Positions 11,666 through 24,271 of a stretch of DNA of 64,000 bases are shown here, in pieces. The DNA is from Bugula neritina (Eukaryota; Animalia; Bryozoa): NCBI GenBank assembly GCA_964035545.1, contig OZ037767.1, positions 31,202,628-31,266,627 on the forward strand, written 5' to 3'. Each line of letters opens with the position of its first letter. Positions within the stretch are counted from its first letter, which is position 1. The notes under the pieces are model-generated. The model saw nothing but the letters and a program-made list of their open reading frames with translations. It was not told where the DNA came from and searched no databases. The translations under genes and the position numbers were made by a program.

Positions 11666-14600
11666 CTAGAAGCTGATGGGACCTCTGTTCTTGGACATAC
11701 CTAGAAATGATTGGTTATGTATTTGACTGGAGAAGCCCAAATATACACTCTGGTGTAATGGTTCCTCCTTGATGGTCAACACTTGATCTAGAACATGGGA
11801 ATAGAGTGTGAAGTATGGTGGTTAGTGCTTCAACATACCTGTCAGTTTACAACAGGTGCCCCAAGAGTTTAATCTGTGACGTATTGTATAAATAAAACCT
11901 TGCTATAAGATTTCAAAACTTGATAGTGTATACCAGCAGATGAAATTAGTTTACACCTAGTATAAATAGTAATGCCAATGTCCATCAAATGTCATTCAAC
12001 AGTCAATGTAGCGCATAGCAGTTGTAGTAACGAGGAAGTAAACACTACGTATTTATTCTGTGTTACAAGAGCACTATAACAAGTAACTCAGCCTATAAAG
12101 CAATAAACTGCTTCTTATCAAACATACAGTTGCTAATAACAGTCATAAACTCTGTAAAGTGGCCGGCCTCAGAGAAACCTGCACTACTAGTCCATATAAT
12201 AAATCACACGAGATTAATGTAAGAACTTAGACTAATGCAGCTCTATGACACACCTTGGCCATTCCCTGTCAGGATCATATTCACTGCTTCAACAAACGCC
12301 TCAACAAAACTCCTGAGACTGTAGGACGGGCTTTGAGAGCCGAGAGAAGTGAAGGCGAGCGGGTGGTGGGTGTACGTCTGCCACGGCATGGTGTCACTCT
12401 TCGGGTTCCAACGCTGGAAGAACCCGGGCAGCTCGCCTTTATTCCACATGAGTCGTACTCCGCCATATGGTCTCTTCTTTAGCTCTGAGGTGTAGTTCCT
12501 GTGAATATTAGTATGTAGGCCTATATAATAGTATATAGTTCATGTGAATATTATAATAGTACACACTTCATGTGAGCATTAGTCTCTACAAGTACACAGT
12601 TTCTTAGTTAGTCAAAGTGAATAATTTAAGAGAAAGTTGTGCAGTTCCAGCATGCACATGTATATATCAGCTATGTGTGAGATAGATTTCATTATGATCA
12701 AGTTACTACTAGAGTGATTTGTGTACACATAGAGATGCAGACAATATCAGAAGACTAACAAGTTACACTCACAAGACACAAGTTACACTCAAAAGACTCA
12801 AGGTATACTTGAAAGACTCAAGTTACACTCACAAGAGCGAGTTGGCGGGGTACTCGAAATGTCCTGTCAACACTGTATCGAAATCCTTGAGAGCCACCCT
12901 TTTGTGCTTGTACACAGTTCTAGGCACAAAGTCATATCTTACAGTGAGGAGAGACTCATCTGTGAGGACTACAATCTTCTCTGTCTCATGGTCCCAGTGA
13001 TCAACTCTGCACACAATGCACACAGAGTGGTTAGCATACTGAGTATTATACTCATAGTGAGTGCATAATTGTTAACTCAACTATGGACTACTAACTATTA
13101 ACTAATAACTATGAGCTAGTTGCTATTAACTATGAGCTGGTAGATATGAACTAGTAACTACTAACTAGTAACTATGAACTAGTAACTATAACCCACTCAA
13201 ACTTGACATCTGTGATGTAACATACAGGCCAGCTTTACCAGGAAATACTAGATCTACCCATAATTTACTGATTTACAGTAAGAGAAGATCATCAATGCTG
13301 GCCTGACACCTTAGTAGAGCTGAGAGGTGATCAGAATTATAGAAATATCAATAATACTAAAACCAGACATGAAAGCTGAACATATATAAATACAAAACAC
13401 TGCAATTACCAACAGAACATAAAATTAATAGTGAAACAAAAATCAATTTTCTGTTTCAACCACTCACTCCATCAAAAGCCAACTACCAATTATGTTAGGA
13501 CCATCTAACTTCGGGTCATAAACTGACTCAGAAATCTCTTCAACTGCCTTGTGAAACGCATGATCCTACAAGTAGCAGGAAACAAGGTTGCAGTACCTGC
13601 TAAAACGGCACAACATTTACAGAGTCAATATCTATGGAAGTCTACTACACAGAATTGTCATTTCAACAGTAAAGATGACTAGCTCACATCAACAAGTGAT
13701 TCACTATGAATACATATGAATACACTAGAAATTTAACAGGCTTTTTAAAATTGTAACGTTGTAAATAAAAATAATCATTCGGTTGCAAAAAAATGAATTT
13801 TCTCAACAAGAAATTGCTGTAAATTGATGACATGAACTGATTAAGCTAGTATATGAAGGCTAAGTACTGTGTACTGTTTGCAATACCAGCAAGATCTAGC
13901 TTTGTAAATTTTAACCAGCATTATTTCTTTAGAAAACAAATACCAAAAATACTTCACCTTGCATAATACATTCACACGTATTAATACATTATGAAACCTA
14001 TTTTAATTTTAGGCTAAAAACATAATAAAAAGTGTTGAGTTATACAAGAACTCCATAGATACGAAACTTAAGTCATTATTAAGGTCAACAACTTTCGCAA
14101 ATTAATTGACTAAATAATTATTCTTCAGTTCAAACGCTCCAGAGTTTAAAAATAAGAAACTAAACATGTATTGTGTATTCATTTTTCTTAAAAAAACTGC
14201 TATTTGACAGTTTCATAGTCACTGTCATCAGCTAATTAATTTCGAAGTATCCTACTAGTAATACTATAATTAGTTCCAACAAGCACTTACGGGTTTTTAG
14301 AATTAAAAATAACACTATTAGTACCAACAAATTTATATTATAATAATTATTATAAAAATATGGTAATATACTATATAGGCCTACTATAGTTGAAAAAAAT
14401 TGTTGTATTCGTAGAAATATAACTTTCAACCATATAACCACAATGATCATCAAAGCATAAATGCATTATGATTATTATTAATATATTATACATATCCTTT
14501 TACTTTCAGTGATATTCTAACGACTAACAAGCAATAATAATCATAATGGTATCATATTTACTTTTAGTAATGCTAAGGCTCAAGTAAAACTAAAAATGTG

Positions 14601-15193
14601 AATTCCATTTCCAATATATTAATAATATTATTAATAACCATAATCATAATGATAACGATAATTAGAATGTATAAAAACCAATAGACATAGTAAAATATAC
14701 TTACAGAGCTAGAAAAAAAGTCTCCAGATTTATATTGAAAATAATGATATACCCCAAAGACATTAGAGTCTCCGGTGTTTTCTTTGGTGTTTGTAGGTGG
14801 CAGAAGCATAGGGGTGCTGTGTAAATAAGAAGCATCTTTTAAAGAGCCATCTGCGTTATCATTGTGATCAGCATTGTCTTTATCTTGGTTTTCAATTCCT
14901 GGTTCTGAAGAATCAAGACCCGACTGAAATTCAGCCTGAACTTTCGAATGACTATCAGTATCACTATGAGCGTGACTGCCGCTGCGAACAGCAGTCTCAC
15001 TCTCAGATTGATATTCAGTTTCATTATCATTGGGCTTAGCGTCATTTATACTCATATCTGTCTTGATATTGGTAATGCTTAGACTGTCAGTGTTAGCCTC
15101 AAATTGACTTAAGTTTCCTACAGCTTCATGCTCAGCAGAATGAGAAATATCGTTTAGAGAAATGTCGACGAAGCTTTCAGCACTGCTAGCCAT
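11666..15193 (-). CDS. TPRG1L: Tumor protein p63-regulated gene 1-like protein (hSac2 domain), ~375 aa with a long acidic N-terminus
   Basis: Exons 14705-15193, 13468-13565, 12833-13006, 12254-12498, 11666-11787. Motifs [31 protein letters not shown], QRWNP...PWQTYTHHP and C-terminus YLGFSSQIHNQSFLGMSKNRGPISF match TPRG1/TPRG1L. Confidence 0.92.
12759..12838. repeat. 20-bp donor-containing repeat (caagttacactcacaagac), 4 copies
   Basis: The last copy spans the TPRG1L donor TCTT/gtgagtgtaacttg at 12833/12832; the copy at 12759 keeps an intact decoy donor. Confidence 0.85.
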
Positions 15194-16589
15194 CTTGATT
15201 TTACTTTGAAAATGCTGCAGAGCAAATCGGGGAGTTGAGCCAACATAAAGCTGGATTGGTCTATTTTAGTACCGCCCATATTTTGTGTCCAATGCAAAGC
15301 GTCGTCAGAGGTAACAAAATAACATGCAAATGCCTAGTCTCAAAGACAATATAATTTGCAAATGAGCAACAACTTATTCATGAGATAATACTTAAAAAAA
15401 AATTAGCATCTACCAAAAATTGACATAGCAATTTAAAATAAACAATTTTTTGTATTTGGGACTTGCTCAATGTCATGTGTAGTAGTCATGCATTGCAGAG
15501 TGATAAAATAATATTATGTACCTTGTGTCTTCGCATCCTGCGTTTATGAAAATATCCTTTATGAAGTTGTCTACTCTACATTTGAAGGCTTCAATAGTAC
15601 GTTTGTTTGTAATCTAAGACTTGTCTGCTCTCACACTATTTGATCAGCTCTGTAGAAGGATAGTCGTCCAATAACGCTTGCGTGACGTTCGGTTACATAG
15701 CTACCAAGTAAACAATAAGTTCAGACATACAAAGCTAGTATGGTCAATTACTAACAAAACAAAAACTCTACTGCTAAACAATTGCCCTGTTATTGGGCTA
15801 AAGTTTTTTCTCTATAGCAAATTAACCGTCTACAGCTGTAACTAAGATCAGTAAAAATTAGAGACCTGCTTCAATCAGCTGAGTGAGCTCAAAACAAAAC
15901 GACATTTAACTTAAAGTTAATATTGAAGCCAGCAATTGTTATCAAACGAAAGCCGGTATCTGTAGTGACAATCACATTTTCATCACAACAAAGCAAGATA
16001 TTTTATATTTTTTAATATTATTTTCCTGCACAAAACTTTCTGTCACGTGCAAGTATTTGTGCATTGCAGGTCACGTAATAACTAGGATAATTATTGGATG
16101 ACTAACTACTCTCATTATGATTATGACTACCTGCAAAGAAACTCAGACTACATTTATAGTAAAGGTGAGAATTAAAATGATTACTTCTCTGAAATAAGTA
16201 TTGATTACAGGACTGAACTCTATAATTGTTTTCAAACTTTATAGTTTGTATTTTTATTAAACTTTTGAAACATTTATTGTTAGCCCACTATAAAGAGTAA
16301 CAGTTTCCACTTTGCAGATGTATAATCAAAACGAATAATATTTATATTACCAACTACTAAGTTATTGACTGCATGATTCAGATTGCACAACTTTTGTTTT
16401 TGCTTAGTTAAGTTTATTACCATTATTATTATATTTATTGTATTTATTTAGGTTTTAAATGTAATATTATTTATGTCAAACTTATTTATTATATCTGCAG
16501 TAAAATAATTTTATAACCAAAATCTGAAAAACCTATACTTTTAAAATTTAATTAAACCTAATTTTTAGACGCATCAATAAGCTGTTCAA

Positions 16590-19500
16590 ATGACGTCTGC
16601 AGTTAGATCAAACTCTGCTAAGAGATCTGCTTCTGGTAACCTCTCTAACTCTTCAGACGATGAGCAAGATGACCAGGTTCGAGACTTACAGGTTGCTCAG
16701 AATACCTCTCTGTGCAGTTCTACAGGAACTTCTGATGCTGATGCAAACAGTTCAATAGATTGCAGTGACAACCCATGTTCTCCAGGTGAGAGAGAAACAG
16801 CATAAAACTGTCATTTGTTATTTAAATCACAAATGCCAAGGACTATGTTTAAACTCTAGATTGTTTAGTATAAGTGATGTCATAGTTATATGGTAAGTGT
16901 AGAAGTCAATAAAATACAAATATTATCATAATTTTTATTCTACAGTTTTACTTGCTTTCAAAGAAATTGAAAAATACTCTGTAAATAATTTAGTTTGAAT
17001 GCTGAATGCTGAAAAATTTTAAGACAAAAACAGAGTTTTTGATAGGCCAAAAATTTTTAGTTTAGTTTTATGCTGTAGTGTATGACTACATGATCATTTA
17101 TTGCAAAATAAACATTGAATCCTTGATTAAAGAAGGTGGAAACTTACCTTTCATGAAACTAAGTAGTTGAAATAGTCGGTATTGTAACAAGATTCTTGAT
17201 ATATTGAAATATCGTCTGCGTTTGCTCACTGTTGATATTTGCCTTAACCTTTTTTACTAAACTTATAACAAGGTTTATAACAAAAACACAGCATTAAATC
17301 TGCATGTACAGACTAAGTTTTGACCTTGAAATACAATCAACATCATTAGATTAAATTTCAAATTGCAATTATTATTTGATTCTGAAAACATGGTCCTAGT
17401 TTTACAGAGTTACACTATGCAACTAATAAATATTTAAATGCAAATTTTTTAACTCAACAACGTATTTCCACATATAGGCACTAGGCATTAATAATTTTAT
17501 TGTTCATCAACTTATAACAAGTTTAGTTTTAATGCAAGGTTTTTTATTTTCACATTTCATAAAGTTTTGTAATGTAAAATCTTTAGGCTTGGTATAAAAT
17601 ATGAAAACATTTACATAACAGAGACTATTCTGTAAGCATGTAATTGGTAGCAGTAGATGAATTCAACCAATGAATGTTGGTGTAACAGTTGATCTGAGAG
17701 TCTATAACCAAACAATCCATGTTGTAAAACTAGGTACTATTATACTTTTCATGTTATGAAAAGGGGGGTAGGCTTATAGCAACTCTGAAGTAGTTCATAC
17801 TAGATATGAACTCGATCTTAGCAATCCTATCAGCTGTGGCAGTGGCACGTTAGCTAAGGCACTTAGTAAGCCCGGCAATTCATTGGGTACCATGAAATTT
17901 TGGTGCTAAATTCAAGTGGTTCAGCTGTAAGAGTTTGATTTATTGTCGTGCAGTTTGACTACATTATCAGTAATTCTAAACTTCACTGCATAAAACTGTT
18001 GACTTTCAATGCTGTAACTGATCCCCGAGGTGGTAATTTTTGTGGGCAACCACTTTACCACTATGATGCATTGAAACTGCAGCCTATTAAGTTGTCACTA
18101 TTGAATTTGCCGCTCAAGAACTGTTCAAACAGCAGAACAAAAGAAATTTGATCTTCAATTTTGTGGTTCATTAAATTTGAGGCTTCAATCACACAATGCC
18201 ACCATGAATCATAGCATAGAATCTTTTTTCTGAGCTTAATTTACTTTTTGACTGTTTGCCCTTTCATTATTTTTCAAATATAAATGTAATTTCTTTTTTT
18301 AAAGCCAAAATTTATCAAAGAATTCTAAAAAGTCTTTTAATAATCCTATATTAGACTTTAGAACTTCAATCATATTAAACTGAGTAGAAATATAAACCGT
18401 TATTATTTTCTAAAAATAGAACCCTTTATATTGCAATATGATCATATGACAATACCATCTACTAATCATAGCATTATATAATATATTATAGTTATAATGT
18501 TGTATAACATATACCCATAGTTTTTTATAATATAATATAGTCCTAGTGTTATATAATGTATATAGAATTTATAGTGCATGCAGTTCTGCATGTCAGTTGC
18601 ACCAATCAAAATTATGACATGTCCCCACAGGTGCCAGTAGTACTTGCAGTGGCAGTAGTGGACCCGTATACATCAGACCTCCGGGCTTCAAGCACCACGC
18701 ACAGGAAATCACTCGCCCCAGGATCAAGAAGAAAAAAAAACTGTTTCCTGTTTCAAACACGAGAAACCCTGATGTGACATACGAGATTTCAGGAGGTGAG
18801 ACTTTCAAGAAGAAAGAAGCTTCAACAACCAAGCAGAAAAGTATTAAGAGAGGTAGGCTGCATGAGTGTTACATAACAGTTGAGATGAGAGTTATATATG
18901 TATAATATGGTAATTAGATAAAGTATTGCTTTGACTGCAATGAAGATTGAGGTTTCACTTTGCTAGTAAAATCTCATCTTTGCATTTGAAAATGTTTTGG
19001 CATGTAGTTTAATGATCGGAAAGAAAAGTATAAGTTTTATGACTTGCATTGAACGCTATTATATGCAATGCAATTGGTAATGACCTTATAGTAGTATAAA
19101 ACCTAAGGTATAACATAATTTTATACTCTATAATTATATTTAACTTGTAATTATATTAAATATATATATATAGAATAATATTATATAAACTAGTTTAATA
19201 ATCTGGTAATATTTTTTAAAACAGATTGGTTAAGGTTTTCTTTGCTCCATCCCCTATAATATAGTTATGATGACAAAGTACACTTAGGCTATATTCTAGA
19301 AAGATCTATAGCATTAATAATACATGTGAATATGACTCTCTCAGCCTCTGAAGCTGTCTTTGTTTCTCTCAGCTCACTATTTATATTTTACTCCATTGTT
19401 GTGACTACAGACAGAAATCAATCTCTCACGCAATACATTATCAATACTTCCAATAAGGGCCTTAGTACAAGTATATGAAGTATTTCAATTATGCAACCAC

Positions 19501-22500
19501 CGATGCCTAGTTACAATGGAAGACTGTGTGTCATTCGATAGTCACATTGATAGTCTGATATATGTGTTGGTATTCAGACAAGAGTAAAAGGAGTTGTCTT
19601 CCTAAATATAGCTCCAAAAGGTTGACAATGCATTATATATAATAATATTAACTTCTGCTTTGCTATAAACTTTCAGCCTGTGAAATTATTCTATTCTATA
19701 TTAGTTCAGTTATTTTTAAACAAGTTTCATGCTTCAAGTTTACCTAAAACTTTGTCATAAACATAAGTTTAAATTAATAGCGTGTGTCTTGAGTTTATGC
19801 AAGAGTTTAAAAGGCTGTACTATGCGTTTCATATGGTAGTACAGAATGATAAGCAAAGATCAATAGCATGCAAAAGCATTGAACTACTCTTAAACTGTTA
19901 GCTCAAGAGAGCATACGGAATCCTCCACCCCATACACCCTAGCTGTAGTCAGCTGTAGTTAGCCAGTATGATTAGCAATGCCACAACCTGAATTACTTTG
20001 GGATCGCTGAACATTCACATACATGTATATTATAGTTTAAATGGGCATAATATAACCTGCTTACTGAAAGAAATTAATATTATTCATTGAATTCAATCAA
20101 ATTCCTATCATGCAGTTAAACTAACTCTCAAAGTGTTTTGTTGAAGGGAAAAGTCTATTGTATAAAGCAATTAGCACCTCAGCAGCTTTTATGATATATG
20201 TCCTGAGTCAGCATTTTGAAATCTATAAGGGCAGTTCATGGAATAAAACAGCGAACAGTAGAAACGTCAACCTCAACTGTATTTATACAAAGCTGGCCTA
20301 AAAATATCTTATTGATTGCAAATAAGTTGACTCTTGTGAAATGAAATTATAATGATATAATATAAACAATATGACTGACTAAAACATATTTAAGACCCTC
20401 TAAAGGCAATATTGCTGTCTTTTTATCATCTTCAATGGATTTATATATCACTATCGAGTATATTATCCATTATAGTTGAGCAATATTATTATAGCTATTA
20501 GCGTTTTTATTATAAAATCCTAATAATACAGATTTATAAAACCACAGCCACAACATTCTATTACCTTCAACAGAATCACACATGTAATATTCTACAACTA
20601 CATATATCATGGTTTTCTATAATCTATATTATCACATGCAATGAATAGTGTAAACCTACCATATCTGTGTGTGACAATATACTGGACACGATTGACTCCC
20701 TTGTGTCACACTTTACCGGATAGCTATTGGTTAATTCTCTGCTGCTGTTACAGATCCGCTGCCGATGAGACTTCGAGCATTCCCACAATCCTTCTGGCAG
20801 CAACCCAACCAGCCAGTGGGCGTGTCTCCTGCTGTCTGTCACAAAGTGCTGCCTCCTCTCGCCATGAAGGATGAATTCGGTGAGATTAATATAAGAAAAT
20901 GTCTTTACTGGAGTCATGTGTTGCTTGGGGTAGTTTATATTTAATGTCTCGCAACAACTTTTCTGATCATCATATTCAAAAGAAATTATCTTTTAATACT
21001 TTTCTTAGTTTACAAATCTATGCATTAGCTGGACACATTTTGGTAGAGTAAGATGGCTGCTATCCCGGATTGTATTCTACTTTTGCTCTACAGAGCTCAA
21101 TGTTGGCCTGTAGAGCTCATTCAATGCATGTAAATTCATATCTTCCTTATTTGCTAACAGAGAAGGTTCTGGAAGGTTTCTATATGCACAGGGCTAGAGC
21201 AAACATGTACGGAGTGTTATGTTTGAGTATTAGGGCAACTGTAGAAGCTCAACCATTTTTATCAATCTTATTTTAGTCAAATAAAATTTAAATTATGAAA
21301 AATATAATAGTTTATTGCAAGCAATGTTACAAAATATATATTAATTTGAAATTAAGTTGGTTGCAAATAAAAATTAGTTATAAATGACTATAGTTTTAGG
21401 AAAAAAACAAACACAGCATTAGTTTTTTCTTCATTACTATACATATAATATATTGCCGTATATTATATGTATTTATGAAAAAAAATAATGTTATCATATA
21501 TTATAAACACTGCAGTCTACATTTCAATTTTTAAAACCCAAACAGTTCTGTCAGATTTTAGTACATTGACTGCAAACAGTCTATGCAAAGGATGTTATAC
21601 ATATTACATTGGAAATTAGATTGGTTGTCAACAGTGCTTGTCTTTCAGTGTAAGAGATTTCAGTATTCAGAAATAGAAAGGCAGCGTTCTGCTACGTGCT
21701 GACAGCAGTTTGTGAAAGGAAATAACCTCAACACTTTAACATAAACTTGACAGGCACTAGGAGAAAAATAATTACAGAATACATCGTTAGCCTGTAAACT
21801 GATCTATATGTCTAGTATTTCACTAACAAGATGTGTGTGGGAGTTATCCACTCAGAGTCAAGTAGGATAAAGGTCATAGGTGAGATAGGGCAGTGTTAGT
21901 AGTGCTCCTTTATTTCTTTTATATCTGTCTATTGGGCTGGAGTGCATATTTTAAAGTATCCACTTTAGGAGTGTAAGTAAAGCGCTGATCCATGTGTGTG
22001 TGTGTGTGGGTTTTATTTTCATCATAACATAGTGTTTTACAACTAGGATAATTTACAAGAGCAGAACAAGCAATTAGAAAAGAAACATAGTAACAAATAA
22101 CAGTATATCAAAATAAGCTGTCGGAAATGATGATGAGGCCCAGTGCGAAATAGCATGGCTAGTGGTACGCGGGCCCAATGTTGGCATTACCATACAAGGC
22201 ACCACAGATCACTCAACAGAGTGGAGGTGATGCCTCAATTCCACTTTAAATTTACCAAGTGGCTGTATAATCTTTAAAAATTTAGGCAACTTATTCCACA
22301 GTGCAGATATTACAAAATTTGAGGTGCGTTGACCAGCAAATGAGGAATATATATATATGTTTTACACAAGTTTACGACTGACTTGATACTTTTACAGACA
22401 TGCTGCGACCTGTGACCCCACCTGATGACTCAAGTCTCGCTGACTCACTTTCTATGCATAAAGACAAACAGACAGCCTTAAACGGCAGCACAAACATTAG

Positions 22501-23254
22501 ATCCAACCCAAATAGGGTTTCAGAGCGAAAGATCTTCGTGACTGGAAATCCCGAGTCATTGCTTAGTAAACTGTTTGAATCGGCAGAAGAGAAGGCAACT
22601 CCGAGTAAGAAATTTGAACGTCTCCTTCCAGGAACAACTTATAAGACGGTGATTCCACCCAGTTCCAACAGCATGAGGCGTGGCAGGTTAGCTTTAACTA
22701 TTCTATCTACTTCATGTACAATGACTTGCTTTATGTATTCTATAGCATGTACAACGACTTTCAGTTAAGTGCTAAAGTATAGTTATTGTAAAATAAGAGT
22801 ATTCCTTCAATATTGTCTTGATTACTGTCACATTATCATGCTGTCACATTGTCATGCTGTCACATTGTCATGTACTGTCACATTGTCATGCACTGTCACA
22901 TACTATCCAAGAAAACACACTGAAGAAGTGTAGCACTAATTGCTTATGTCACTTACATTAACTTCTAATCTATGTAGTATTATTCTTTTTTCAAGGTCAA
23001 AAAATACAATTTCCATGAACAAAACAATGCTCCATGGCTCCGACCCATACATGGTCGATACGATAGCTGAAAAGATGTTTCCTCATTTGACATTAGAAAA
23101 AGCGGGAGTGAAATCTTGTCATTCAACAGCTGGAGGAAACACTAGTATACAGCTGATAACGTTAAAGGAGGGAGATAAATCCGTAACATTGCCTTCCCTC
23201 TGCGTAGAACAAAACTATAGCCAAATGCTCTCTGAGTTGGTGCCTTATTTGTAG
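16590..23254 (+). CDS. Uncharacterised, probably nuclear protein (~363 aa) with a YAP/FAM181-like omega-loop motif PLPMRLRAFPQSFWQQP
   Basis: Phase-consistent exons 16590-16785, 18631-18852, 20754-20879, 22398-22686, 22996-23254. Ser-rich N-terminus, NLS-like RPRIKKKKK and C-terminal LPSLCVEQNYSQMLSELV. Confidence 0.8.
22843..22901. repeat. 16-18-bp repeat (ctgtcacattgtcatg), ~3.5 copies, intronic
   Basis: Directly visible. Confidence 0.8.
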
Positions 23255-24271
23255 GACACGATTACTATATCTGTGACTTCTCCGACTATCATTATATTTC
23301 AGTGATCTCCACATTTTTTTTTAAATAGGTCAATTTTCTATATGTCAGTATTGTACTGTATTCATCTGCCTCAAAAGCTCATGAATAGAAATAATAGGTG
23401 GGCTGGCAACTACTAATTGTAGAAGTGTTGAACCTGGAGCTAAACTTGTTCACCCAAAGTTTGTATATTTTGATTACACAACCTTGCTAAACACTACAGC
23501 CTTGCTGTAACATTATATTTTGATATCCTTTTCAATTTCAATCCGTCCTATTTCAAAAATTGATATACTTTGCTCATTGTGAAATGTTTGTGCAGGTGTT
23601 GGAGGTGTTAGGAGATAAGCTGTTGCCTTAAGAACTTTAATATGTATTTTATTCAAGATAGATTCACCTCTCTTTATTTTGTACTATATAGTCTTATTTT
23701 CTTCATTAAAACTTAAAAATAGTACAACATTTCGGTCTTCTCTTTGAAATAAACATATAAAAGTGACTCAAAACTAAACAATTTTCAACACTGAAAGTTA
23801 AACTAATGCACATTTTGCAACAATACAGCTGAAAACCTTTCATAAAATTGTATTAATATAAATGGAATACAGCATTCAAAACAATAAAAAAGATAAAATA
23901 CATGTAAATATACAAACTGAACTAGTATACCATCAGGTTGACAAGATTGATCATTTGACTAGATCACGGTGATTAGATTGACAAGTGAATTCTCCAGACT
24001 GAGTACAAAGTAATGAAAAACATTTCAGTAGAATGAAATATTTACTGTATTTTGCTTGGCGCTACCTATATAATATGCTATGGTATTTGGTAACGGTAAA
24101 TACACCAACAGGAATTGCCAACATATTATAAATAGTAATATAGTGTCTTGAGCAAATCTTTATATATTGTCTCCTCGTTTACGTCGAGTAGATAACTGTT
24201 GCAAAGCATGCTTATTTAGCGGCTCTCCTCGCAAGTCGAGTAGTATATGAAGTAACACACCATGCAGCCAC

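Noticed and set aside
17125-17400. Possible MITE or DNA-transposon remnants here and near 48250-48700 and 50900-51130
   Set aside because: No matching terminal inverted repeats, TSDs or second copy could be established inside the window.
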